Shown piece by piece: positions 16,483 through 25,052 of a stretch of 46,941 nt of DNA. Origin of the DNA: a virus (Duplodnaviria > Caudoviricetes); IMG/VR virus record IMGVR_UViG_3300048586_000076, positions 1 through 46,941 of that record. One strand, written 5' to 3'. A program made the translations under genes and the position numbers. How positions within the stretch are numbered: position 1 is the first letter of the stretch; each line of letters starts with the position of its first letter. The notes under the pieces are model-generated. The model was given only the letters and a program-made list of their open reading frames with translations, made no database searches and was not told where the DNA came from.

Positions 16483-19023
16483 TCACTCGTCGCCCTCCTT
16501 TTTGCGAACGTAGGCATTGCGCGGCGGCTGCCCTAGCTCAAGCCGTACCTTCTTCTTGATCCATCCCATACGATACAGGCTCTCGGCGACACGCTTCTGA
16601 GCAAGGTTGTTGTGCTGATAGACCGGAAGGCCGATCGCGTCGCGCAACACTTGGGCGGCTGTGACCTGTTCCAGCGGCCGAACATAGCGCTCGATCGCGT
16701 CCTCCCATGGCTCCATTTCGGTGCGATCGGACTGAACCTCGCGCGCGGCCTGTTCTTCTTCCTCGGTAAGCCACCATTGCTCGCCCTTCAAAAACAGGTG
16801 CATCGCCTCGGCCCATAGCTGATCGCGATCCTGCTCGATGCCGGCAACGTCGAGGTCTTTCACGGTGACGGGCCAAAAGCGCCGGCCTCCGGTGGCGTCC
16901 TTCAAATAGCCGGTCCCGTTCGGGTTCACGGTGCCGGCGAAAATGAAGTGGCGCGGGAAATCCTCGGACGCCTTCGCATACGGCCGGCGAAGCGTGTCGG
17001 TCGTGCGTGTCATCCAAGCCTTAATGCTGTTCGCCTTGTGTCTGTCGAGCATGTCCATTTCCGCATGCTCAATAATCCAAGCGCGCTGCATATTCAGGAC
17101 GCTGTCCTTGTCCTCAATGTTGCCAACGCTATCGGAAAAAAACTGCCTACCGCCTACGTTCGCCAGCGTCTTGAATATCAGCGATTTCCGCCGGCCCTGC
17201 GGCCCTTCCAAGATGAGCATGTTATCGACCTTGCAACCTGGCTGCATCGCGCGGGCGCAAGCGGCGATTAACCAGCGCATGCCGAACGCGCGATTGATCG
17301 GCGTGTTGTCGGCCCCGAGATATTCGGAAAGCCACGGCTGCAAATCCTCGCCGGCCACGCGGCCTCCGCGAACGCGCGGAATGCCGTCCCATTTCAGGCT
17401 TTTGAGATAGTCGACCAGTGGGTTGAAACTCTTATCGCGGCACGCGACCAGAACGGCTAGGCCGGTATCGTTCGGCTTCGGTGATAGGCCGTGGCGCTCA
17501 AGGTAGGCCGTGCAGGAAATATAATCTTCCTCGGACATTTCGCGGACCTTCCAATCGTTCACGCCGGGGCGCTCCCATGGCGGCCGGAACAGGAGATAAA
17601 TCCGCTTGTCGAAAGTGTTGTAACCAAAGATGCCGCGAAGCTGCGGATCGAACCGACAATAAAGGATCATGTTCGCGAACGCGCGCGGCCTGATCGCGCC
17701 TTCGCCATTGAACAGCAGGCGGCCCTTCCAATTCGCGGCCTCGTCGTCGTCGTCGGTCCCCTCGGGGATTGCCGCGCCATGGATCGCCACGACGTTGCCG
17801 GCCTTCTCGCGCGCCGGCTTCGCTGGCTTGCTTTTCGCCTTCTCTGCGGTGTCGGGCTTCGCCTGCTCGATCGGCTTCGCCTGTTCTACCGGGTCGGTTT
17901 TGCGGGTACCCGCCTTCGGCTCGGGCTCGCTGTACGTCTCGGCTTTGCGGGTCTCGATATCCTGCAGGGTGATCGGCCGGACCCACTCCCGCATGAAGGC
18001 CAAGACGTGATCGGCGTCCAGTTTGTCGATCTGGATCGCGTCGGCGACGTCCCATCCTTTCGGCTTCCGATCGGCACCTGGGGGTGTGATGTATTTCGCC
18101 CGCTTCAAGCCGGCGGCGAACGCAAGCTCAATGATGCCGGGTCGCCACTGGCCGGACGGCGTCCAGTAGCCAAGCATGGTCCGGACACCTTCATCGTCGT
18201 TGTCCGGCCAGAACACGGCGGCGTCGCCAAGCTCGCTCCAATCGGTCTTAGCGTATGCCTTGCCGCCGCCGGCCCAAGACAAGGCGGCCATTTGCTTAAT
18301 GCCAAGGGCGTTGAATTCGTCGGCGCATTTCTCGCCTTCGACGACAAGCCTCTGTCGGTGGGCCTTGTCGCCGCCGATCTGCTCAAGCCCGTAAAGCCGG
18401 CGCGGCTCTGGCAATGATCCGTGCGACCAGCCTTCGAAACCCGTGTCCTTGTTCTTGGCCCATAGGATAGCCGGCGTGATCTTGCGATCCTCGTCGACGT
18501 CGACGCGCAAGACGTAGTGGCGCAACGTCCCGTCGGGCGCTCGGTAGGCGTGAACGCGCGACGGCGTGTAGCGGATCGAGGCGGGCTTGCCGTCCTTGTC
18601 GAGGCGCTTCGGGTTTAGGAGCGGCGGTGTCTGCTCGCCGGGCTCGATCGCGGGCGCGTCTGCCGGCGGCATCTTCGCGCGATAGCCGGCATAGGGGTCG
18701 ATCGTCTCGGCTGGCGGCGCGACCGATCGACCGGTGTCGACCTCGCGTTTACCGCCAAGGATTTCGCAAGCGCCTGTGAAGTCGACGCCCTGATGCTGCT
18801 GTACGAATTCGACGACGTCGCCCTGCGCGCCGCATCCGAAACAGTGGAATTTCTGGAAGCCGTCCCGCGATGGGTAAACGGTGAACGATGGCGTATTCTC
18901 GCCATGCAACGGGCAACAGGCTTTCCACTCCCGCCCGTCACGCTGCAGCGTCACGCCGAACTTGCGCGGCAAAATCTCGGACAGCGGGTTGTCCCGCTTT
19001 ATGTCGCTGATGTTGTATTTCAT
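16483..19023 (-). CDS. DNA primase-helicase (CHC2 Zn finger + TOPRIM + VirE/VapE-type ATPase)
   Basis: CCPLHGENTPSF...FHCFGCGAQGD, VVEGEKCAD...WPDNDDEG, GWDVAD, LEGPQGRRKS and YLKDATGGRRFWPV motifs. ATG 19023 preferred as start. Confidence 0.9.
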   Translation of the reverse strand: MKYNISDIKRDNPLSEILPRKFGVTLQRDGREWKACCPLHGENTPSFTVYPSRDGFQKFHCFGCGAQGDVVEFVQQHQGVDFTGACEILGGKREVDTGRSVAPPAETIDPYAGYRAKMPPADAPAIEPGEQTPPLLNPKRLDKDGKPASIRYTPSRVHAYRAPDGTLRHYVLRVDVDEDRKITPAILWAKNKDTGFEGWSHGSLPEPRRLYGLEQIGGDKAHRQRLVVEGEKCADEFNALGIKQMAALSWAGGGKAYAKTDWSELGDAAVFWPDNDDEGVRTMLGYWTPSGQWRPGIIELAFAAGLKRAKYITPPGADRKPKGWDVADAIQIDKLDADHVLAFMREWVRPITLQDIETRKAETYSEPEPKAGTRKTDPVEQAKPIEQAKPDTAEKAKSKPAKPAREKAGNVVAIHGAAIPEGTDDDDEAANWKGRLLFNGEGAIRPRAFANMILYCRFDPQLRGIFGYNTFDKRIYLLFRPPWERPGVNDWKVREMSEEDYISCTAYLERHGLSPKPNDTGLAVLVACRDKSFNPLVDYLKSLKWDGIPRVRGGRVAGEDLQPWLSEYLGADNTPINRAFGMRWLIAACARAMQPGCKVDNMLILEGPQGRRKSLIFKTLANVGGRQFFSDSVGNIEDKDSVLNMQRAWIIEHAEMDMLDRHKANSIKAWMTRTTDTLRRPYAKASEDFPRHFIFAGTVNPNGTGYLKDATGGRRFWPVTVKDLDVAGIEQDRDQLWAEAMHLFLKGEQWWLTEEEEQAAREVQSDRTEMEPWEDAIERYVRPLEQVTAAQVLRDAIGLPVYQHNNLAQKRVAESLYRMGWIKKKVRLELGQPPRNAYVRKKEGDE

Positions 19024-19088
19024 TCCCGGTCCTGTCGGGGACAACGTAACGAGATTTTGCCGCGCGTAAAAGCCGCTAGGGCTAGTGG

Positions 19089-19475
19089 TTATTGCTCGGT
19101 CGGCTCTACAAGGTGAACCTTCTTGCCCTTGTGCCATAGCTCATGGGCCTTATTGAAAAGCACGCAACCGATGGCGTCGACCTGATCCGCCTGAATGTGC
19201 GACATAAGGATCGTGCCGACTAGGTTCACGATATAAAGCGGCAAGGCGTGGATCGCCTCGGCGCGCGCTTTGTCGGTGTCGAGCTTGCCGGCGACTGCAT
19301 CCTCAAGCGCCGCCAAAACAATCGGCAGGGTTTTCATCATTGCAAGCTCAACCGGGTTGCGGGTGAAGCCCTGCGCCTCGGACTGTGCCATAAGAAATTC
19401 CTGGCGCGCCTTGTTGTCGGCATAGGACTGCAGAAAGCGCTCGCTCAATTCCAGCGTAATCGTTTCCTGTTTCAT
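19089..19475 (-). CDS. Hypothetical protein
   Basis: AGGAGA RBS and tight packing in the leftward operon. Confidence 0.7.
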   Translation of the reverse strand: MKQETITLELSERFLQSYADNKARQEFLMAQSEAQGFTRNPVELAMMKTLPIVLAALEDAVAGKLDTDKARAEAIHALPLYIVNLVGTILMSHIQADQVDAIGCVLFNKAHELWHKGKKVHLVEPTEQ

Positions 19476-19476
19476 G

Positions 19477-19758
19477 TCAGATAATCTCCTGCTGTTTTGG
19501 GCCGATCAACATGACGATCTTCCGTCGATCGCGTTCGCCCGGCCCTTTGCGAACGTCGACCACAATGCGCTGTCGCAGGACGGCGTCGCCCTGCGATAGC
19601 AACCGTTGAACGGCGTGCCAATAAAGCGCGCCTCCGACGGTGTTCGGTTTGCTGGAATAGCATCGCGTATCCTGCACGCGAACGCTATCGTGCTGTTCCA
19701 GCATTGAGCGCAACCGGCGCTCGGCTGCGGCGATCCGGCCTTCAACGTTTCGCAGCAT
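19477..19758 (-). CDS. Hypothetical protein
   Basis: ATG 19758 (MLRNVEGRI...) overlaps the end of the upstream gene. Confidence 0.55.
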   Translation of the reverse strand: MLRNVEGRIAAAERRLRSMLEQHDSVRVQDTRCYSSKPNTVGGALYWHAVQRLLSQGDAVLRQRIVVDVRKGPGERDRRKIVMLIGPKQQEII

Positions 19759-20416
19759 CAGCGTCCGCCTTCTGGATCGCGCGGACCTGCTCCATATACA
19801 TGGGGCCGTGCCACGTCGAGAACCGCGCGCCATAGTCATCGTCGAACACGTTGCCGCGCGCGTGAATTGCCGGCGTCTTGAAAGTCTTGGGCATAAGGAT
19901 ATCGCCGGCCTTGTGCGGGTGGCTCTCGATTTCGACGTCGATGAGGCACACGAAAGCATAGACGCGCGCGCCGCCGTCGTAATTGATGATCTTCGCGTAG
20001 GTGCGGCCATATTTGACGTCGAGGTGGACGGCGTCGAACGGGCACGCCTTCCACTCGCATATCATCCGGCGCGCCGCGTCGACATAGCCGGCGATCCTGT
20101 TGCGGATATCCGGCGATCGAGGCTTCGCGTATCGTGGCAGAAAGCATCCGCCAAGCTTGCCGGTCGATCGGTCGATGTGCTGCCGGATGCCGAAAACGTC
20201 GTGAACCAGGTGGGTCAAAGGGGCGCACGAAAGCGCGGTCCAGTTCATGGGGCAATGCTTGCCGACGGCGCACAAGTCCATCCGGAGGCTGTTAATTTCG
20301 TCGCGGTCCATTTTGTCATGCGGCGGCGCAAGCTCGTTGAACCGTTTCACGGCGCGATCGAGAACCATTTCGATCTGGTCGAAGTCGTCGCGGCTCAAGT
20401 GGTCGAATAGGCTCAT
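19742..20416 (-). CDS. Two-domain conserved phage hypothetical protein
   Basis: AAGGAG RBS; N-half HDVFGIRQHIDRSTGKLGGCFLPRY and C-half VYAFV...GDILMP.TFKTPA.HARGNV. Confidence 0.75.
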   Translation of the reverse strand: MSLFDHLSRDDFDQIEMVLDRAVKRFNELAPPHDKMDRDEINSLRMDLCAVGKHCPMNWTALSCAPLTHLVHDVFGIRQHIDRSTGKLGGCFLPRYAKPRSPDIRNRIAGYVDAARRMICEWKACPFDAVHLDVKYGRTYAKIINYDGGARVYAFVCLIDVEIESHPHKAGDILMPKTFKTPAIHARGNVFDDDYGARFSTWHGPMYMEQVRAIQKADADAAKR

Positions 20417-20432
20417 TTGGTCAGTCTCCTTG

Positions 20433-20678
20433 TCAGAATGGGATTTCGGGAAGCACGGCGGACCATGCCGCGCCGACGGTCTTTTGAAGTTTGGTTCGGC
20501 AGTCGATGCATAGGTATCCGTCAGAAATCATGTCGATGTGGATACCCTCAAACCGCGCCATGACGCGGCGGACCGGCGCGGAATGCTCCATTCTTTTTGC
20601 GGCGCTGGCGGGAACCTCCTGCTCAAAGCCACATCCTTCTCCGTCGCAACGGAAGCGTGTTACCTGCTCAATTCCCAT
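20433..20678 (-). CDS. Small Zn-binding hypothetical protein
   Basis: CDGEGC...LCIDC motifs and GAGAGGG RBS. Confidence 0.65.
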   Translation of the reverse strand: MGIEQVTRFRCDGEGCGFEQEVPASAAKRMEHSAPVRRVMARFEGIHIDMISDGYLCIDCRTKLQKTVGAAWSAVLPEIPF

Positions 20679-20838
20679 GTGCGCCCTCTCTTGCTTGGAA
20701 CTGAAAATCCTCGTCGTCGAACGCCTTAAACAAAGCGGTAATATTGCCCGGCCGGGATAGCCACAATTCGACGTGCGATCGCGCGTCGAACCATTGCCGG
20801 CTGTAGGCCATGGCGGCGGTATAGCTGAGAACCTTCAT
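20668..20838 (-). CDS. Hypothetical protein
   Basis: AGGAGG RBS before ATG 20838. Confidence 0.6.
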   Translation of the reverse strand: MKVLSYTAAMAYSRQWFDARSHVELWLSRPGNITALFKAFDDEDFQFQAREGAHGN

Positions 20839-20849
20839 CGGCGGCCCTC

Positions 20850-21059
20850 CTATCGAAGTGGGTTTTTCGACCAATCGAACCGCAAGCGGCCGATCGCCTC
20901 GCAGGCCTCATACTGCCGGCGATAGTCGTCTTGTAGGACGCGGCTTTCGCTCTCGTTGTAAAGCTCGGCGATCCCGTCGAGGCACGCGCGCAAGCCACTC
21001 TCGCTCGCGGTGGCCCAAATGGTGATGAGGCGGGAAGTGTGTTCGGCGACTGTCGTCAT
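20850..21059 (-). CDS. Hypothetical protein
   Basis: AGGAGA RBS. Confidence 0.65.
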   Translation of the reverse strand: MTTVAEHTSRLITIWATASESGLRACLDGIAELYNESESRVLQDDYRRQYEACEAIGRLRFDWSKNPLR

Positions 21060-21074
21060 GGTGTCGTCTCCTGA

Positions 21075-21350
21075 TTAGCGGTGGTCGACGTCGCTGCCGG
21101 TCCAGAACGGGGCAACGGTGGTGTCATTCTTCGGGGCAACCTGTCCGATGCGGCGATCGCGGCCGATCGAAAGGCGATCGCGCTCGGCCACGGCTTCCTC
21201 AAACGTGGCGAATTCCATCGTCTCCATGCGGCTGGTGCTCCACCATGCGCTGGCGCGGTGCTCGGGGCGGCGCAAATAAATGTGGTAGGGCTCGACCGGC
21301 TTGCCGCGCATTGCGTCGGTGGTGGTCATGGAGCGAATTACGTAGGTCAT
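21075..21350 (-). CDS. Hypothetical protein, first gene of the leftward early operon
   Basis: AAAGGA RBS, with a promoter candidate directly upstream. Confidence 0.7.
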   Translation of the reverse strand: MTYVIRSMTTTDAMRGKPVEPYHIYLRRPEHRASAWWSTSRMETMEFATFEEAVAERDRLSIGRDRRIGQVAPKNDTTVAPFWTGSDVDHR

Positions 21351-21378
21351 CTGCAGTCCTTTCCTGTCACGGTCCGCA

Positions 21379-21408
21379 TCAATACCGCGATTGTTGACAC
21401 CGCGTCAA
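21379..21408 (-). promoter_or_regulatory. Leftward early promoter within a TTGAC-N5-GTCAA dyad
   Basis: TTGACG(21408)-N18-TATTGA; the dyad TTGACACCGCGTCAA spans 21394-21408. Confidence 0.55.
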
Positions 21409-21419
21409 TACCCCCGATG

Positions 21420-21900
21420 TGGTTTTTTTCTGAACGGCTGTTAACCGACCGATGAACGCATATTAATCGAATACGATTTTACCGGCCATGCCACCATGTC
21501 AACAAACGGGGTTCGGCCTCGGGACGTCAATAAAATGTCCAATGATTTCTAGGCTGTACCCCCACCTATTTTTTTCCGCACCAACGATCGCGGTATTTTC
21601 TTCAATGATATCAACGATCGAAAAACAAATACCCCGTTTGCTGTTCCCCCTGGGGGAACGCCATCTTCAATGATTTCAATGCTGTACCCCCGTTCCTGGA
21701 ACAGTAGGCCAAAAGTACTTCTTCAAGAACCCCGTTTGCTATTCGCCATAATAATACCAGTGGCCTCACAAACGGGGTATGGAAGTAAAAAGTTTTGGAC
21801 CTCACCCTGGGGGAACGGTTCCGGACACGCATTTGAGCCATATGGAATGGGCATAAAACAGCGTTCCCCCGAAAATAATCCTACGGGGAACGGACTATAA
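21420..21900. other. AT-rich, repeat-rich non-coding region, putative replication origin
   Basis: ACCCCGTTTG in both orientations (21503, 21631, 21729, 21769), GGGGAACG/CGTTCCCC repeats and a 22/24 direct repeat at 21540 and 21668. Confidence 0.6.
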
Positions 21901-21986
21901 TCACATGCGCGGACGCTATTCCTATTCGCGGTCGGTCGCGCCCCTCGGACTGCCGGCCGGCGATCTACCCCTGAATTCAGAGAGGC

Positions 21987-22026
21987 AGAGACGCGGTGGC
22001 AGAACGCGGGCGCTGGTTAATTGACT
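21987..22026 (+). promoter_or_regulatory. Putative activator-dependent late promoter element upstream of terS
   Basis: AGAGACGCGG-N24-TTGACT, the same arrangement as in front of the capsid gene. The -10 element is weak. Confidence 0.45.
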
Positions 22027-22244
22027 GACCGGCCGGTCGGCGAATGTCGACGTTTGCATCGCGCGCGCGTGCGTGGCAGAATTCTGCGGTCAACGGTCGA
22101 TCGCATGAGCGGCGGCCGGGATGACATGGACGAAACCTTTCACGCGGAGACGTCATTCGAGCGATGTAACTTGTTGCCTGTTCACGCGCCCCGGCTGACG
22201 ACAAACACACGGCCGGGGCGCACGCATATTCGGATCAAGGATCA

Positions 22245-22943
22245 ATGGGAAAATCGACGCGCGGCGGGCCTGGCCCGGAGGTTGGCAAGCTGAGCGCTGC
22301 CGACCTGAAAGACTTGGAAGCGAAAGAATTCACGGAATTGCAACGGCTGTTTGTGCGCGCCTATCTCCGGCACCGCGACGCGGCGCGCGCGGTCCGCGAA
22401 GCCGGCTATGGTTGCAAATTCGAAAACGCGCGGGCGATCGGGCACCGCCTACTGCAGCGCCCGCATATCAAGGCGTTCATTGAAGCCCGGACGGCAGAGC
22501 TATTGGAGGAATTGGATATCTCGGCGAATTCCGTCCTTGGCGAACTCGCGCGGATCGGCCGGGCGAACATCGCGAAAATCATGGTGCAACCGGACGATGG
22601 CGGACCGCCGCAATTCGATCTGGCGAATGCCGATGAGAACCTGATGCGCGCAATTCAGGAGGTGACGATCACGACGCGCATGCTGCCGCCGGAGGAAAAG
22701 GACGGCGAACCGATCGAGCAACGCGAAGTGAAAATCAAGCTCGCGGGAAAGACGGAAGCGCTCGGCCTGCTCGGCAAGCATTTGAAGCTGTTTACCGACA
22801 AGGTTGAATTGTCGGGCTCGGTCGATATCGCGGCCGGCGTGCAACGGGCTCGCGACGTGGCGCGGCAACGGCTGATCGCAATGGAAGGCACGGCCGGCAA
22901 GCCTGCAGCGGTCGCCGCGCCGTCGAAGCAAAAGCGCTCATAA
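22245..22943 (+). CDS. terS: Terminase small subunit
   Basis: LQRLFVRAYL...AARAVREAGY...GHRLLQRPHI and IKLAGKTEALGLLGKHLKLFTDKVE (Terminase_2-type). Confidence 0.92.
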   Translation: MGKSTRGGPGPEVGKLSAADLKDLEAKEFTELQRLFVRAYLRHRDAARAVREAGYGCKFENARAIGHRLLQRPHIKAFIEARTAELLEELDISANSVLGELARIGRANIAKIMVQPDDGGPPQFDLANADENLMRAIQEVTITTRMLPPEEKDGEPIEQREVKIKLAGKTEALGLLGKHLKLFTDKVELSGSVDIAAGVQRARDVARQRLIAMEGTAGKPAAVAAPSKQKRS

Positions 22944-23027
22944 GGGTACCCGTCGCCGGGTACCCGACACCGTCGAATTTCCGGCGCAATGCGCGCGCGT
23001 CATGTTGCTGACAGGAAAGGAAGCGCG

Positions 23028-23312
23028 ATGAATGACAACATGCGAGACGCGGACCGTGTGACGGCCGATCATAATCGGATCGGCCAAAAGCTGTTCCGCG
23101 ATTTCATGAATGAGACGACGGTCAAGGGCATGCCAGCGTCGGAAGCGCTGGTTATTGCTGAAAGCTTTATCGTCGGCGTGATGCTGGTTAACGTCAAACT
23201 TGGCGGTGATAAGGTTGTCGTCGACATGATGATCGAGCGGACGCGCGCTCGGTTATTGGAAGCGCTCGCGGACGCGCGACTGTCGTCAATCAAAACGGAA
23301 GGGCAAGCGTAA
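23028..23312 (+). CDS. Hypothetical protein, first of the accessory block
   Basis: AAAGGA RBS before ATG 23028; the leader carries CTGACAGGAAA. Confidence 0.7.
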   Translation: MNDNMRDADRVTADHNRIGQKLFRDFMNETTVKGMPASEALVIAESFIVGVMLVNVKLGGDKVVVDMMIERTRARLLEALADARLSSIKTEGQA

Positions 23313-23605
23313 TGTTGGATCAACTGGACAAGCATCTTGAGCGGCGGACGTATCTGCTGCGGATCGAACCGTCAAAAAAGCTGATCGAGGCGGTGAAGGA
23401 ATTCAAGCGCCTGATCGCCAAGCGGCCGGCGGACGAAATCGCTGCAGCCGTGGCGCTGGTCAATGATCTGGTCGTGATCGAGCATCGTGTTCGGATCGAC
23501 GACGACAAGTCCGGCTTTCTGGCTCTGGCGCAACCGTCGACCGAAATGATGCAAATGATCAACGTCATGCAATTCGACGAAACCAAGGTGAAGCCAGATG
23601 CGTGA
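23312..23605 (+). CDS. Hypothetical protein
   Basis: TAATG coupling to the previous gene. Confidence 0.65.
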   Translation: MLDQLDKHLERRTYLLRIEPSKKLIEAVKEFKRLIAKRPADEIAAAVALVNDLVVIEHRVRIDDDKSGFLALAQPSTEMMQMINVMQFDETKVKPDA

Positions 23606-23852
23606 GCGGATCGAACTCGATATCGAGGGGTCGAAGCAAAACACGCTACGGTTTCGGCATTCGATCGTGGCGGACGTGCGCGGCGTGCCGTTCACTGTCG
23701 TCGCCACGGTCGACGTCGACGCCCTGACGCTCGGCTCTGGACGGATGACGGCGGCGGCATCGGTGCGGCAGTATTTCGACGAAAGCCGCAAGGAATTGCT
23801 CGCGGGTCTTGAGAAGGCCCGATCGAGCGAAGCGACTGGCGGTGCGCTGTGA
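23598..23852 (+). CDS. Hypothetical protein
   Basis: Overlapping start/stop with an AAGGTG RBS. Confidence 0.6.
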   Translation: MRERIELDIEGSKQNTLRFRHSIVADVRGVPFTVVATVDVDALTLGSGRMTAAASVRQYFDESRKELLAGLEKARSSEATGGAL

Positions 23853-24067
23853 AAAAACGTGGCGGATTTATCGAGCTTGTCGACGTTCACGGCGATACGT
23901 GGCTTGTCAACGTCGACCATATCAAGGCGGCTATCCCTACGCCCGATCGCAATACCGTCCAACTGCTGCTTTCTGGCGGCGGCGGCGGCGTGCTTATGTC
24001 CTGCGAATACGGCTGGCTAATCGCAAGCCTGCGCGACGCGGGCTGTGAAGTGGTGGCGTCGTCGTGA
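23849..24067 (+). CDS. Hypothetical protein
   Basis: GTGA coupling; FIELVDVHG...LVNVDHI motif. Confidence 0.6.
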   Translation: MKKRGGFIELVDVHGDTWLVNVDHIKAAIPTPDRNTVQLLLSGGGGGVLMSCEYGWLIASLRDAGCEVVASS

Positions 24068-24258
24068 CCCGCCGGCCGATCGAAACGCTTCTCCGGGTCG
24101 CGGCGTTCGTCGCGGCTCTGGTTCTCGGGGCGCAAGCCATGCCGGCCGTCTCGCCTGCGGCCTCCGGGCCTGATATGCTGATGCTCGCAATCGCCTACGC
24201 GGCGCTGCTGTTATTCGCGATCCTCGGCGCGCCGCGATGTTTACGGCCTTATCGATAA
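24064..24258 (+). CDS. Small two-TM membrane protein
   Basis: GTGA coupling and two hydrophobic helices. Confidence 0.5.
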   Translation: MTRRPIETLLRVAAFVAALVLGAQAMPAVSPAASGPDMLMLAIAYAALLLFAILGAPRCLRPYR

Positions 24259-24297
24259 TCGTTGGCGTCGTGATGGCGCTGCTGATGGGGGTGGACA

Positions 24298-24507
24298 ATG
24301 ACGACGATGCATGACGACGTGCGCGCTGCGATCCTGGCGCATCTGGAATTGCCGCAATGCTATGTCGAATTCACTGAGGACGGGCCGATACTGTGCGGTC
24401 CGTTCGGCGCTCGGGTCGGCCCGATGCGGATCGATGAGCCAACGCCGCAATATCGCGACGACGTGGTGAAGCTGCCGCGTTGGCCGTTCCGCCGGAGGGC
24501 CGCGTGA
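24298..24507 (+). CDS. Hypothetical protein
   Basis: Fits the operon tiling and ends with a GGAGG RBS for the next gene. Confidence 0.55.
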   Translation: MTTMHDDVRAAILAHLELPQCYVEFTEDGPILCGPFGARVGPMRIDEPTPQYRDDVVKLPRWPFRRRAA

Positions 24508-24593
24508 TGACCGCGCGCATGACGAAGGTCTATCAAATCGCGGCCGGCGTCGCGCTCGGCTATATCGCGTTCCTCGTCGTGTGGGTGCGCTGA
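24507..24593 (+). CDS. 28-aa single-TM peptide (not in ORF track)
   Basis: MTARMTKVYQIAAGVALGYIAFLVVWVR*; GGAGG RBS and TGATG coupling at both ends. Confidence 0.65.
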   Translation: MTARMTKVYQIAAGVALGYIAFLVVWVR

Positions 24594-24796
24594 TGCCGGT
24601 GAAAAAGGAAGGCCTGTCGCTGTTCGCTCAAGCGGTGGCGGTGCTGCAGGAACGGGATTTCAGGCGCGCATATCAGCTAGACGCGGCCGGGAAAAAGCCG
24701 CTCGCCGCGTCGGCGCGCGATCTGGTGACGGCGGCTGAGAAGCGGCTGCGGAAACAGGCAAAACGGAGGGCACAGAATGATCGTGGTGAAGGTTGA
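24593..24796 (+). CDS. Small basic hypothetical protein
   Basis: TGATG coupling to the previous gene. Confidence 0.55.
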   Translation: MPVKKEGLSLFAQAVAVLQERDFRRAYQLDAAGKKPLAASARDLVTAAEKRLRKQAKRRAQNDRGEG

Positions 24797-25052
24797 ATTG
24801 CATTCGGCTATTACCGGCCGCGTCTTAGAGTTGGCGCGCATGCATATCTGCAATCGCGGCGATAGCACCAACAAAAATCGAGGTGACTATGACGTGCGGA
24901 CGCTGCGCGGCCGGTCGAAACAAAACCTCGACAAGGGCACGGTGATGAAGCGCGGCGAAGTCCTGAACCATGCGCGGCTGCAGCTTCATGTCTGGAATTT
25001 GGTCGCGAAAGGCCTTCGATCGATGGGGTACGGCAATGACGGCGGCGCATAA
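24777..25052 (+). CDS. Conserved phage hypothetical protein
   Basis: GGAGG RBS; MIVVKVELHSAITG...ICNRG...GDYDV...HVWNLVAKGL. Confidence 0.75.
   Translation: MIVVKVELHSAITGRVLELARMHICNRGDSTNKNRGDYDVRTLRGRSKQNLDKGTVMKRGEVLNHARLQLHVWNLVAKGLRSMGYGNDGGA

Noticed and set aside
16435-16536. 33-aa + strand ORF (MSATRIYC...) preceded by CTGACAGGAAA
   Set aside because: SD spacing is poor, it lies just after a hairpin and it overlaps the primase C-terminus in antisense. Not called, but kept as the main alternative to the sRNA model.
17855-17892. 18-nt tandem repeat in the primase (PVEQAK-PIEQAK)
   Set aside because: Simple duplication in a low-complexity interdomain linker.
21488-21900. Short ORFs and a possible mini-CRISPR array in the AT-rich region
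   Set aside because: The ORFs have atypical composition and no RBS. The repeats are short, in mixed orientation and irregularly spaced, unlike CRISPR.
22186-22221. GC hairpin upstream of terS as a terminator
   Set aside because: It has a strong stem (GCGCCCCGGC/GCCGGGGCGC) but no U-tract on either strand, so its function cannot be assigned.
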